Below are positions 1 through 13,881 of a DNA stretch of 61,755 nucleotides, one piece after another. Under the pieces are notes generated by a model. That model worked only from the letters and a program-made list of their open reading frames with translations. It was not told the origin of the DNA and ran no database searches. The position numbers and the translations under genes are program-made. The stretch is from the NCBI RefSeq assembly GCF_001194135.2, contig NC_068991.1:4808475-4870229 (forward strand). The letters are read 5' to 3'. Every line of letters begins with the position of its first letter. The stretch's first letter is position 1. Source of the DNA: Octopus bimaculoides. Lineage: Eukaryota.

Positions 1-51
<51 letters not shown>

Positions 52-1004
52 CAAATGAAGGAATTGTCACAACTGTGAAGATGGAAACTTCTAACAAGAT
101 CAACAAAGGACGCGACAGCTGAGTCCGTGAGACAATGTCAACGACACAATTTGGCCTCCTAGAAATAACTGATCAACAACGTCATAGTGACCGGAATATT
201 GATACATAATTTAACCCTCCAAATAGAATCTTTCAACAAAAAAAATCAAAAGACGCATTGATTACTGCTGAGATATCTTTGATCGTTTCACTTCACAAAA
301 CTAACTTTGGGCTAAACGAGGTTCAAACATTATCAGCGACACCCCAACCGCCGACACCAATCGAACACCGACCTCCTCCCATGCCACCATCAAAAACAGC
401 AACAACCACAAGGACACTACCTCTATCATTGCTGCTACCCAAACTGGAAATAGAACGAAATTAAAATTACTGCCAACCACCAGCAACCGCAACTAATACG
501 ACTATACTACTACAACTACCACCAGCCATACCGCTGCTGCTACTACTACTACTATTAGCAGAAGCTGTCGTAGTTTCCTCACTCACAGAGTATTCACTAC
601 AGAAATAATTAAAACACCTAAAATAATCAGATTTTGCAGTCAATTCTTTGTTTCGAAACGCATTTAATGAAAATGAAGCTAATGTTTTCTTTTCTAGCGC
701 TCATCAGTCATAATGGCACCATCTACATTTTCTGGCGACAATTGTGACCTTTTTTTTCTTAATTCATTTGCAACACACTTACACACTTACAAAGAATATA
801 TATTACTCTTCTATAATATTCTCTTTTACATTCTGTGTTTCTCTCTTTGTCTCTCACTCTCCCCTCCACCCGTTAGATTGCGTAGTGGAAAACATATATA
901 AATTGCTTGTGTGCATGCGTGTGTGTGTGTGTGTACATATATACACACACATGCATATGTACATATATATGTATTGATATGTTTATATACACACACACAC
1001 ACAC

Positions 1005-1067
<63 letters not shown>

Positions 1068-1140
1068 TATATATATATATATATACATAAACGTGTGTTA
1101 GCTTGTATACATATATATATATGGTATATATATCCATATA

Positions 1141-1700
1141 TTCATCTCACAGGGAAAGCGAAACTTAGCATCTAATTCACAAAGTTCCTCTACGACGTAT
1201 TCTTTCAGTTCCCGAGACAATAGTAAAAGACACCTGCCCGTCATGCTTTGGTACGGAACCCCGAATGATGTAGTTGACAAGCAAACGTTTTCCGACTCAG
1301 CCGTGCTTCTGCTTATTCCAAAAAAAAACCGATATACTGATATTTCGGAAACGTACTCGTTAGATCGGAGACCGTGTGGTGAAACTAAGCCATTGAAATC
1401 ACACAAAGACTGCTAACCTCATTTGGAAATATCTCAGTTGGTGTCAAGTCTTCTTCGCACCAGTAGTGACCTGATAACTGACACAGTCGTTACACCTTCA
1501 ATAGATCTACTGGAGAAGATCAAATGAGCTCGAACACGTTTCAATGTCTCTATGGGAAGGTGCAACAATGACAGAGTTCTGTACAAATGGAAACTTACAA
1601 ACGTTAACACCTTGAACCGGTAAAACTTCATAGTGTTAGGAAGATGTGCTTATTGGCAAAAACCATCCTATGAAATATTAATCAAGGAAACAAGGTATAT
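1141..1700 (+). mobile_element. Possible decayed LINE 5' region including the start of an APE endonuclease
   Basis: One + frame runs about 480 bp with only two internal stops. It ends in NVNTLN-(frameshift)-GKLHSV...IL..LIKETR (about 1600-1695), similar to the APE start TWNV.TL...GKL...I.ETR. Confidence 0.3.
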
Positions 1701-2510
1701 ACAAGTTAAGACAATCCACAAATTCCTAGATCAATTAAGAGCATCCTAGATAAGAAAAGCTGAATGTCAAAGCAAAACTCTAATCAGAATATTTTCAAAC
1801 GCTCCGCTACTGAGGAAGGCAACACATTATTACAGTAATGTATAAATGAACATATAATCGGTAGAAGTTTTCTTTTGTTTTGCCTTGTTTTTTTTTATGG
1901 TAGCCGCATGTAATATCTGCATCACTGTGAGTTTACAGCACGCAGATATATTAAACTATGAACTGCTTGTTGAATACGTTTTGAAAGGGCCTTCTGTCAC
2001 TCCAGAATACTTGAATAATATCTCCGCTTCATAAATAACTACTGCATTCACTGTTTGCGGGTTTGCTTCATTACGTTTACCTGATCAGCTTGCCTTAGTG
2101 ACAGTTTGGAGGTCTATTTTCTAGGTGTTACTTATGTTTGGTGTACGCCTAAAAGAGACTCGCAAGTCGTTCCTCTTGAAATGTTTCCCGCGATTACATG
2201 TCTGAAGAAAATCCTTTTCATGTCATAGCATGTCGTAACGGTTGTATAAACGTTCGTTCTATTTCTCCATTCTTTCCATCTCCTTGTCGACCTTTTGTTT
2301 CCGAAGAGGGTCTTCTAGAAGCAAAAAAGACATCTCCATTTTCCCATTTTGTGAAAGTTAACCAAATACACCAAGATCTCTGTTTTTTTACCAAGCCTTA
2401 GTGTTATATTTTTGCATCAAGCATGTATATATGTGTATGTGCGTGTATGTATGGACGTAGATATACAGTTAGACAGGCAAATACATAGATACATAGACAG
2501 ATAGACTGAC

Positions 2511-2541
<31 letters not shown>

Positions 2542-4142
2542 GAGAGAGAGTGAGAGAGAGTATGTGAGGGAGAGAGTATGTGTGTGTGTGAGATAGAGAA
2601 AGGCATATATATTTTTCTTACACATATATGGCATTGGGGAAAGAATTTGTGATACCTCAGTTATTCTTGCAATGCCTCATGTCTCCGATTACTTCACAAA
2701 CCCTGACGCCAGACTACATCGTGGAGATGGAAAACTGGTCCAGAACTGGAGATAAATGAGTCCTGCAGCGATGTTTATGTTCTAGCAGAAGACTCTTCTC
2801 TCTTCCGTTATGACTCCCGCTCAGCAACAGCAACAAGAAGAGAATTACCTCGACCATATGAATGTGCAGTTTCCAACTACTCTTGACTCGAAGACATACA
2901 CTGCCACATGTGGTACATTATTGGTCAGGGCCCCCATGACCTCACTAGCGTTCCCAGGCTGTCAATAATTGTTTCGAGACTGCCTTCATGGACAAGGTTA
3001 GCCGTGTGTTTGGGGTTTACTTCAAACAATTTTGTCCATGACTAACTCTATCTTGTCCTTTCGGTTGCGTATGGTTTGTTTTGTTTTGTTTTGCTTGATG
3101 TATCAAGCAAGACAAGCAGTCACTCATACGCTTTGTTTATTTACTAATGTATTCTTTTCTCATAGACAGATAGATAAATAGATAGAGAGAGAGGGGGGAT
3201 ACATATATAGACATATATACACGCGAGCGCACATCCATATATTTATCTGTATATTATTCGCTGTCATGTGCCTAAAGTAAATATAATATTCTGTATATTT
3301 TAGTTATTTAGTCCACCAGTCTACATCTGGTTTAGATACCGTGTTATATTATTTTTATCGCATCCATTTAAATGCGAGGATAAATAGCTAATTATCGTTT
3401 TAGATCCCTTTCATTGGGATGCCTACTACAGCTGTTTCTTTGATAATTAGAACGACTGGTTCTAAAGAGGTTTTATCACCCTTAAATATTGCTGCGATAA
3501 TTTTATATTCATACACAGCTGGCCCGTCATAACGTTGTATTTGTAATAAACGTGGACTTTTTATCCTTTTCCAAATATATGCAATGCTGTATTTTAGCCA
3601 AATATTTCTACTCAAAGTTTGCAAAATATTTTATGATGCCTTTTAATATTTACACAAGAACAAGATTCGACGGGCAAAAGCAATGTTTACAAAGTGAATA
3701 AGTGGTTTGCTTATGCATGCTATAAAGATTTATTTCAAAATATTTTGCTATACGTATCTCGTTGATGTTGAAACAATGACGTCATGCAAATTACCTCCAA
3801 TAAAATCTAATATTTGCAATCACGGAACAGATAGTAACTTTTCATATGAGTGTTGACAGATTTTAGCCGGTTAATATCCACATAGCTTTAACTAGCATTT
3901 ATAGACATGTTATAAATTGGATATATTGACGCCAGATGGAGATATTAAAGACGCTAATCGCTCAATGATTCATTCATTATTTACGAATCTATATGTATTA
4001 ATATATTCATGTTTGATATTATCTGTCGTTCCAAGGACAGGGCAACTGTAATTAAGATGAAACATTTTTAATAAAAGCAACCGAAGTATAAATGAATCAT
4101 TTTCCAAAGGCTGTTACAGATACTGGCACTCTCCATATTGTG

Positions 4143-4245
4143 CCGTTCTGAGTTCAAATGCCGCTGAGGCCCAATTTGCCAGTCCTCTTTTGGTGTCGGT
4201 AGAATAAGTATTAGTTTGTTAGTGAGGCCGATATGATTTGCTTCA
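4143..4245 (+). mobile_element. SINE family A, old partial copy
   Basis: GTTCTGAGTTCAAATGCCGCTGAGG B-box region shared with better copies. Confidence 0.55.
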
Positions 4246-4623
4246 TGTTACCATCAGAATTGCATTCATTGCCCCATTGTTGAAAAGATGTATCTGCGTG
4301 TGTGCGTATGCGTGACTGCCTGTGTGAATATATGTGTTTCAATGTGGGCATCTAGTTGCGGGAAAGAAAACGGAAAACTTTTTCTTACAGACAATATGTT
4401 TGAGAAAAAAATCATTAGGCTAACAACGGCACCATCGGACCGTAACATAATAAATCAGTCCTTTATATCCCTCGGCCTATTTTTGCTTTTTTTTTTTTAA
4501 TAAGTACATTCGCTCATGTTTTGAAAACCTGGTCAACACGCCAGGGTACGGGTTTTGGTAAATTTGTCAACTGACAAAATAAATAGGAATTTTCTACGAA
4601 ATACAAATGAAGACTGTCTTGAT

Positions 4624-4814
4624 CAGTGCCTCTCAACTGTGGTCCATCTGGTCTTTGGGCATCCATATTAGATTTTTCATTAACGTTTATGAAACTTATA
4701 TTGGTTATACTTGTATGACAAACAAAATACATTCTAACAATGTCTGCATATAACTCTTAATAATATTTAATTGTAAAAAAAATGAAGAGGGGCAAAAATA
4801 GTTGAGAACCACTG
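4624..4814. mobile_element. hAT Charlie/Buster-type MITE (191 bp)
   Basis: 14-bp terminal inverted repeats CAGTGCCTCTCAAC / GTTGAGAACCACTG (12/14 match; CAGTGGTTCTCAAC is typical of Charlie/Buster ends). The 8-bp flanks GTCTTGAT / GGTCAGAT match at only 4 of 8 positions. Confidence 0.65.
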
Positions 4815-5976
4815 GGTCAGATCACTCGCTGCTCCTCTACAATTGTCTTATCAGCTAATATGCGACTTTTTAGATTCATTAGCCCGGGATCGTGACACAC
4901 GTTTCGAAACACTAGTGCGCCAGAATCCCGTGTGTTAATGAATCGAATATGCTGTGATCACGCAGTTGTCGGAAAGAAGTTAAACTTCTGTGACAAACGA
5001 CAAGCAAAACAGTAAAGAGGATATTCGCTTTCGAATCTGCCGGAATATGCTAAGAATAAATATACAAGTCATCGTTTCCGAACCTTCCTTTTCAGAGTCC
5101 ATATAGAGATTTATCTATATATCATTACTTGGCGAGTTCATCTAGGGTAATTATTTGGCTGTCATTGCTGTAGGAAATATCTCCAACTTATTTAAACACT
5201 AGCCACATGACTGTAGTTTACACCAAAATATTTCCTAGTATATAATTAAGTAGTAAAATAAACAGTTGATTACTATTCCAGACCACTTCATTTCACATGC
5301 TCTTTAGAGTCATTTTTATATTATTAGATGTCTATTCATTTTTGTCATTTAGATATTACCGAAATGATTTTATATCCATAGACATTTGCTGACATTTGTA
5401 ATATACATATTGGATATTTTTTACTACAGTCTCATAAATATCTTCTTCTTTATTCAATAATTACAAACCAACAATTGCTTACTAATTTAAAGTTTGCAAG
5501 GCATCACATGGCCTCTTTTAATATTCAGCTGAAAATTATCATCCAGAGAGAAAAGATATATTATCAAGCTATATGGTCAGCGTGGGTATATTCACTATAA
5601 AAAAAATGTTGACATATATTATTAATGCCTCGATATATACAGATAGAAATGATATTGAAATTATGTTACTATACAAATCAACTGCGATAAAAACAAACAT
5701 ACGAGATCATTGAAGAGGTAGTAAAACTTTTTGATGACTTGCGTTGACTGAATGTCGTAGTTAATATCTGCGTATATTTAAGTTAAACATTTATAGAAAT
5801 GTAATAAATCGAAAATATACAGGTCGCACGAACATTTTGAATATGTGGTTAGTACCTTGATTCAGTTATTTATTTACATACACACGGAGAATAACATACA
5901 AATAAATATATATACATACATACACATACACACACACACGCTCACGTACGCACACTTACATATATAGATGTGTGTA

Positions 5977-6036
<60 letters not shown>

Positions 6037-7753
6037 GTGTGTGTGTATATATTTATGTATACGTGTATACATATATTCACACATATGCAAGCATATGTGC
6101 ATTCATATGTAGCTACATGCATAAACTCACACATTACACACACAAACACACGAATGGACATATAGAGACTAGACATGAGTGTATTGAAAACTTTTTCCTT
6201 CTAAACACATGATATCGGGTTCCGTGTCAACAGTGTGACACATTGTCAACTTCTGTAGTCTTGGTCTGACCAATGTCGAGCAAGATGATTTTTTGGTAGA
6301 CGAACGAATACAACTAAAAGATGGTTGTAACAAAACTGTCCGATGAACGGGAACGTGAAACTCAGAGTAACGGTTTTTTGTTATATTTCTGCTGCTTTTA
6401 AATAAAGCATATTACTCTACCTCTGGTATTTGAGTACTCTTTTTTCCACCTTGTTGCACATTCCATGTGCTTACTCCGGTATATATATATATATNNNNNN
6501 NNNNNNNNNNNNNNNNNNNNNNNNNNNNNNNNNNNNNNNNNNNNNNNNNNNNNNNNNNNNNNNNNNNNNNNNNNNNNNNNNNNNNNNNNNNNNNNNNNNN
6601 NNNNNNNNNNNNNNNNNNNNNNNNNNNNNNNNNNNNNNNNNNNNNNNNNNNNNNNNNNNNNNNNNNNNNNNNNNNNNNNNNNNNNNNNNNNNNNNNNNNN
6701 NNNNNNNNNNNNNNNNNNNNNNNNNNNNNNNNNNNNNNNNNNNNNNNNNNNNNNNNNNNNNNNNNNNNNNNNNNNNNNNNNNNNNNNNNNNNNNNNNNNN
6801 NNNNNNNNNNNNNNNNNNNNNNNNNNNNNNNNNNNNNNNNNNNNNNNNNNNNNNNNNNNNNNNNNNNNNNNNNNNNNNNNNNNNNNNNNNNNNNNNNNNN
6901 NNNNNNNNNNNNNNNNNNNNNNNNNNNNNNNNNNNNNNNNNNNNNNNNNNNNNNNNNNNNNNNNNNNNNNNNNNNNNNNNNNNNNNNNNNNNNNNNNNNN
7001 NNNNNNNNNNNNNNNNNNNNNNNNNNNNNNNNNNNNNNNNNNNNNNNNNNNNNNNNNNNNNNNNNNNNNNNNNNNNNNNNNNNNNNNNNNNNNNNNNNNN
7101 NNNNNNNNNNNNNNNNNNNNNNNNNNNNNNNNNNNNNNNNNNNNNNNNNNNNNNNNNNNNNNNNNNNNNNNNATTCACAGCTGATTAAATTTCCTGAAGA
7201 CACGTTAATTGGAATCTGAACGAACAAGCAGCTATGTTTAATAAAATCAACCTATTTATATCTGAATATTAATTATCCGAATTTTTCTATGCTCACGCAC
7301 GCATAGGCTTATTATCATACACACACATTCGTCTACACATACTTGTCTAATCGTGCTACAGCGAATAAAATAACGGCCATATTTGTATTCCATTTATGAA
7401 TCTCTTGATGAATAAATTTCAAAATCTTTGATGTACAGCGTCAGACACAGTGGGACATATAATGATATTGGTTCGAAAGTGGAAATGTAACTGTGCAGAC
7501 ATGCTTTCTTTTCTTCCACTCGCTTCTGCCGTTAGTGCTGAATGAGTTCCGACAACATATCTCTGTCTTCACTCAAATGGTGAACCAAACAAAAGTAACC
7601 ACGACTAGTATAATCTCGCAGTCTTGCGGAGTTGATTATTGTATCCGTACATACATATATACCGATCCATACACCCACTCAAACTTACGCACACGCCCAC
7701 GCCTTTATACATGTGGGCATATTAGTATGCAGATACATATATACAGAAACCTC

Positions 7754-7930
7754 CACAGGAGCGACTGTGTGGTAAGTAGCGTGTTTACCAGCCACATGGT
7801 TCCGGGTTCAGTCCCACTGCGTGGCACCTTGGAAAAGTGTCTTATACTATAGTGTCTTCTACCATTGGGCCGACCAAGGCCTTGTGAGTGGATTTGGTAA
7901 ACGGAAACTGAAAGAAGCCTGTCGTATATA
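7754..7930 (+). mobile_element. SINE family B (tRNA head TGGCTGTGTGG / GGTTCAGTCC), 5' part running into (TA)n and a gap
   Basis: GACTGTGTGGTAAGTAGC...GGTTCCGGGTTCAGTCCCACTGCGTGGCACCTTGG...GGCCGACCAAGGCCTTGTGAGTGGATTTGG.AAACGGAAACTGAAAGAAGCC. Confidence 0.9.
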
Positions 7931-8090
7931 TATATACATATAAATAAATATATATATANNNNNNNNNNNNNNNNNNNNNNNNNNNNNNNNNNNNNNNNNN
8001 NNNNNNNNNNNCCTAAAATTTGTATGCAGCAAAATCTATAGGTATATACAAATTTACAAATATCTGTGTATATGAATATGCGTGCATATG

Positions 8091-8121
<31 letters not shown>

Positions 8122-8478
8122 AAGTGTGTGTGTGTAAGTGTGAGTTTTTATGTGTGTAGTATGTGGGCAAAATATGAAAAGAACGAGACATCCTCTTCTC
8201 TATATTTTTTTAATATCTTTTCTTCATAACATTTGCAACAAAATGGCCGTCGGTCCAAATAAATATTAAAATATTAAACAGAACCTCCGCACACATCTGA
8301 TTATCTGTTACACGTGCTCAGAAGCGTACCCGCACACAGGCACACACACATACGCACCCAGAGACCCGTATATACATAATTACATATGTATACACATATA
8401 AATACATATATATATGTATGTATACATAAATAGATATATATACATACACACACACACACGAACACACACACACACACA

Positions 8479-8529
<51 letters not shown>

Positions 8530-9403
8530 NNNNNNNNNNNNNNNNNNNNNNNNNNNNNNNNNNNNNNNNNNNNNNNNNNNNNNNNNNNNNNNNNNNNNNN
8601 NNNNNNNNNNNNNNNNNNNNNNNNNNNNNNNNNNNNNNNNNNNNNNNNNNNNNNNNNNNNNNNNNNNNNNNNNNNNNNNNNNNNNNNNNNNNNNNNNNNN
8701 NNNNNNNNNNNNNNNNNNNNNNNNNNNNNNNNNNNNNNNNNNNNNNNNNNNNNNNNNNNNNNNNNNNNNNNNNNNNNNNNNNNNNNNNNNNNNNNNNNNN
8801 NNNNNNNNNNNNNNNNNNNNNNNNNNNNNNNNNNNNNNNNNNNNNNNNNNNNNNNNNNNNNNNNNNNNNNNNNNNNNNNNNNNNNNNNNNNNNNNNNNNN
8901 NNNNNNNNNNNNNNNNNNNNNNNNNNNNNNNNNNNNNNNNNNNNNNNNNNNNNNNNNNNNNNNNNNNNNNNNNNNNNNNNNNNNNNNNNNNNNTATATAT
9001 ATATATATATATATATTAGATGAATGTGTACATGAACAGAAATATTTATACAATATTTAACGAGTGTCGTCTGTGTGTAATTTTTTTTTTATGTAAAAAA
9101 TAGTAAGAAGTGTATTTTTGCAATCAGGAATCGTGTACTTTGTTTTACTGTTGACTAGTATAGTTCACATAGTAGAACTGTTTATGATGTTAATAGAATT
9201 AACTTTGTATTACTCTATTAAAAAAGACGTAAACCATTTTTTGACTTCGTGAACACATGAACAGATAAATTATAGCTTTAGTTATTTTTTCTTTGAGAGT
9301 GATGTTCTATGTCTGTTTTTTGTTCCGTGTTTTGTTTTTTCTCCTTTGTGCTAATCTTCATAACATATTCTGTTGTAATGGACTATAACGATATCAATAG
9401 GTA

Positions 9404-9465
<62 letters not shown>

Positions 9466-10919
9466 GATCATTATTTATTATGGCATTTTGATTATTGCCA
9501 GGCGTTCACTCTTACTGGTCACCATGAGATGAGTAATGTCTGAAGAAGCTGTAATATGTCCGGCGGAATTTAAGCGTGTCATTTTCGCCGCGGAAAAACC
9601 AACAACGTCTTCATTAGCGAACCAGTTAAGAAGGATGCTGGTATCAATAAAATGGAGTTCGATGGAATAAAAACAAACTGCTAGTATAGAGCAAATAATT
9701 TTGATAGTAAAAAATGCCTTTGAGAGGGATTAATCCGGAGTTTTAAGGACGCAATTAAAGAAGATATAAGGTCAGATGTCCTCACAATGAAAATAATGTC
9801 CTGGCTTCTATGCGAAACACAAAGGTTATGTTGTTTTGCTTTGGCTCTGATATTAGACATGATGGTTCAGAGGATTTTGATCACCCGAATGTCAAAGATG
9901 TGTTATGCTATAAATGCTATAATTATTTTATTGACAGCCCATGGCGACCGTGCACTATGCAACGCTAAGTAGATGTATGTAATTTTCAAGTGGCTTTTTA
10001 CTCTGATATTAAATAAAAATTAATTAAATGAAAGAAAATGCCGCAAGAGCTGAATGGTAATTGTGTAATTCCTGTAAAAGTATTTATATTCATCTCATAT
10101 AAATAATGTTTCAAATTGTCGCGTTAGAGTTTGTTTGATTATATCGTGTGAAAGCGGTAATGGGAGAACACAAGACTACTTTTAACATGAAAGAATGTCT
10201 CTTGACTGCTAGAAAATATCCATTAACACCATTTAATAATAACGAATCAAATCAAAAGAAAATTATGCAGATGTTGAATAATAACAGTGTATGTTGTACT
10301 TGAAAATTTTATCGATCATTATCACAATAGTTAATGTATGACAAATATCTATTTTAGCCGTGTCAGTTTACAATATGTAAAGGTACTAACGAACTATGCG
10401 TCATATCAACACAAGACGTATTGTGGTGCTTTATTCAAAAATGGCAAACAATATAATTAACCTACCGAATCACTCGGCTGAAATTATTTGATACAGAAAT
10501 CAGTAGAAAACTGGAGCGTTGAAATCAGTAATAAAATGAACCCGTTGAAAACCATTATGATCTTTATTCTTCAAGCGACGCGTCTAAAATAGTTAGAAAT
10601 ATGTAGATTGGCCTTGGGATGTATACTTTGCTAACGACTATACTCTCGGAGACAGAGAGATACAGCGACAGGCAACGGTACAGAAAGTGAGAAAGATCAA
10701 AAGTAATTTCCCTGATACTATTTTCACAATGAGAAATGTATCATAGTTAATATATCACAATTAGATGATAGAATATTTTGCAAAGAAGCTGTGAGATTAT
10801 TTACAGATTTTATTTTTTGGAACAAATATAAGCAATCCCAGCAATGATGTGTGCTTTTGGATTGTTAACAATCATACAATCAAATGCATAACCGAAAACC
10901 TAGGATTTACATAACATAC

Positions 10920-11230
10920 TGAAATATCAGTACTAGGTAATGTGTAAACGTTTATTAGAATCTTCTTTGTGACGGTTATTGCGTCCCTGCTACGGAAATT
11001 GTTACACCGAGACATATGAGATATCCTGTTCCAAGTAGAACACAAGAGAAAGGAATGCATACTTAAACCCATACAATACGGGCTCGAATCGTTCAGAACG
11101 GTATCGAAACCACATACATTGCATTTGTTATATATTCCAACTTGAAATAATTTAATTGCTCCAAATGTCACCCTAACAGATTGAATTAGTGGCACTTTCA
11201 CATTCTTTGAGAGGACGGTTTTCTGCTGGT
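10920..11230 (-). CDS. Candidate exon F (311 nt, phase 1 to 0; Cys/His-rich, ...YNKCNVCGFDTVLNDSSPYCMGLSMHSFLLCSTW...DIS)
   Basis: Open frame extending ORF 10872-11201. Weak acceptor GGATCTTCAG|AC, strong donor ATT TCA|GTATGT. A competing short terminal exon starts at 11350. Confidence 0.35.
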
Positions 11231-11480
11231 CTGAAGATCCGTCTTTTATGAGTTATTTTGAGTGAGCTGCTTGTGAAGCCATCGCTTATTAGACAGATGA
11301 GTGCTATTATTGTGTATAATTTTCAGAGATTCCTAGAATGTGCTCAGTGGCTGAATTATATTAGGTATGCAATTCGAATTTTGTTATATACACAATTGAA
11401 AGGAAGCTGCAGTTCCGGACCAACTCTAGACCAAACTAGGGCGGCGGAAATATTAGTGTCAAATGTTGACACAATGACAG

Positions 11481-11667
11481 TAATTTCGGGGAAGGGGTTG
11501 AGTCGATCACATCGATTTACGTATTCCACTGGTACTTATTTTATCGACTCCGATTAACGAAAGGCAACGTCGACCTCCCGGAATTTGAAGTATGAAAGTA
11601 AAGACGGACGAAATACTTCTGAGCATTTTGTCCGGGGTGCAAAAGATTTTGCCACGTCGCCGCCTTA
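11481..11667 (-). mobile_element. SINE family A copy
   Basis: Reverse complement carries the GGCGGCGA..GGCAAAATC head and the central GAGGTCGAC.TTGCCTTTC...GTCGATAAAATAAGTACCAG motif. Confidence 0.8.
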
Positions 11668-11814
11668 GGGCAGCTGAAATACTATTAAACTTTAACTGTT
11701 CTCGCCCGGTTGTGTTGTGCTTTCAAAGGAAAATCTTCAATAATTACCTTCTATATAGAACAAGTCTCGCTATTTTACACTGAACGCTTCACGCATCGAT
11801 GTAAACAACCATAC

Positions 11815-11877
11815 CTTCTGTTCTTGGGATGTTCAGAGTATATGTGCTACTTCTAAATTTAACTGATCTGGATGTAT
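11815..11877 (-). CDS. Candidate exon E (63 nt, phase 1-1; D-TSRSVKFRSSTYTLNIPRTE)
   Basis: Acceptor GTATTTATCTCTCAG|AT and donor GAA G|GTATGG; open in phase 1; 154-nt intron from exon D. Confidence 0.55.
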
Positions 11878-12031
11878 CTGAGAGATAAATACCGTTTCAA
11901 AATGAACTCCACGGGCATAGCAATATCATTGACCGTCATCCTCTTAGATATAAACTGTGTTCAATTCTCCTGTTATTGCTAATTTCTAATTTCAAAGTGG
12001 AACATTTCTGTAAGATGTAGACTGTATTCAC

Positions 12032-12145
12032 CTGTCAAACGACAACTCGGTAAAGATCTTTCTCCTAATTTTCTTTGTTGAAGAAAGGCATGTCGTTTTC
12101 CTATATCTGTTGAATATATTGCAAGAAATTGTCTAGTGGACGTAA
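12032..12145 (-). CDS. Candidate exon D (114 nt, phase 1-1; V-TSTRQFLAIYSTDIGKRHAFLQQRKLGERSLPSCRLT)
   Basis: Acceptor TTTAGTATTCTCAG|TT and donor ACA G|GTGAAT. The phase-1 frame is the only one without a stop, and it matches the exon C donor phase. Confidence 0.55.
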
Positions 12146-13560
12146 CTGAGAATACTAAACGTAATATCTTTCATCTCCGGCCAAATAGGGCCTCCTCGGG
12201 GCTTTAAAGTAACTAGACGAATTTCGATTTATTTTCACTTTTTGATTCTGCTGTTCATATTCGTTATACACTATTCACTTTATGTTTGTTGTTTTTATTT
12301 ACATCCGTCTATGTTGTGGCAAGTAAGGTAAAATTCATCCAACTAATATTATTATAATTTACACTATTGTTCTCTTCAATATTCATCATCTCGAGGTCAA
12401 TAAACAAGGCAGTGATCAATTGAATAGGTCAGTTTACTCAACGAACTCCAGCCAAAGAACGCTGGCCTTTTGCCTAAAAGGGAAAACCAAAATAATTAAT
12501 AATTATATTATATCATTACAAAATGATAGATTAGATAATAATAGTCTATTGGATAAAATTTATTGCAGTGTTCCGCAACATCTTTTATTTTCAGAATTTA
12601 AACCGCGTTATATTCGCACGTAGAACCAGGTCACTATATGTTTACCAGTAATGAACTTGGACTGCTGTATGTCAATTCAATCGAACGGCTTACTCGCTGA
12701 AATCTATAGTGTTGTGCCTGTCTTAGTCAAATCATAGTTTTTGTAATATAATTGCACTTTAACTCAAAGATATATATTTTAGGGTATGAAAAGTAGTGCG
12801 TTAATACGTTACCATCGACCGCACCAAGTCCGCCGACGATAATGCTATCTATCAATCACGATTATAAAATCCTCAGTGGATAAAAATAAATGTTTCACGT
12901 GACAGTAACTTTTGTAATATTCACTTACGATTATATCTTTCAATGATTTCTGTTGTAATTTGATAATTTTGTTGTATTATTAATGGTTATTGTGTCTTTC
13001 ATTACGAGAGTAAGAAGATGAAATAAAATAAAAAAATAATAATAAATAATAAGATAGCGCTAACGGATATTCGGATATTTTAAGGATTCCATTCCTAGAA
13101 GCGAATGGAACAAAACGGATTTACATTCACACATGTTAAACCACATATACATCTCCATACACACACACACACAGACACACACACACACGTACACTAAATA
13201 ACACACACACACATTCATGAAACTCGAGTGAATTTTCTCATGTATGTACGTATATACCACATATGGTGGCGATTATTTCTGGCAACTATGATTTTGTTCC
13301 ACATTTTCTATTTTAAAAAAATTATCTGTTTATTTTTCTCAGAGTAGGGCTATATTCTTAAATTAGAAATTACACAAAATAAGATTTAAACCTGTTAAAT
13401 TTTATACCATTAAGGAAAAATTAAGTTTTTTTTCCAAGAAAAATAGAACCAATTTTAAATTAGCTTTTTTTTTTCACTGACTTTCATTAATCGATTTCGC
13501 CTAACACTATCATCGTCTTCAACATAATTGCGTAGTTTTTTATGGCGCTTTCACGAGAAA

Positions 13561-13617
<57 letters not shown>

Positions 13618-13622
13618 ATTAC

Positions 13623-13659
<37 letters not shown>

Positions 13660-13671
13660 AATATTAGTAGT

Positions 13672-13856
13672 AGCATTCGTCCTTACGTTCTGATTTCAAA
13701 TTCCGCCAAGGTAGCCTTTGCATTTCATCATTTTGAGGTCGATAAATCAAGTACCAGTTGAGAACTGGCGTCGATGTGATCGACCGCCCCGCCCCCAGAC
13801 ACACACACACACACACACAAAATGCAGGCCTTGTATATATAGTAGAAAGGACTATT
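13672..13856 (+). mobile_element. SINE family A, 5'-truncated, (CA)n expanded inside the 3' part
   Basis: TTACGTTCTGATTTCAAATTCCGCC...GAGGTCGATAAATCAAGTACCAG...CAGGCCTTGT..AGTAGAAAGGA. Confidence 0.8.
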
Positions 13857-13881
13857 CTTATTGTCATTATCAATGTTTGTG

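Noticed and set aside
2640-3000. GC-raised unique-looking segment
   Set aside because: All frames close within about 60 codons; no recognisable motif.
10598-10746. + frame KYVDWPWDVYFANDYTLGDREIQRQATVQKVRKIK
   Set aside because: About 50 codons, weak splice signals, no compatible neighbouring + exons.
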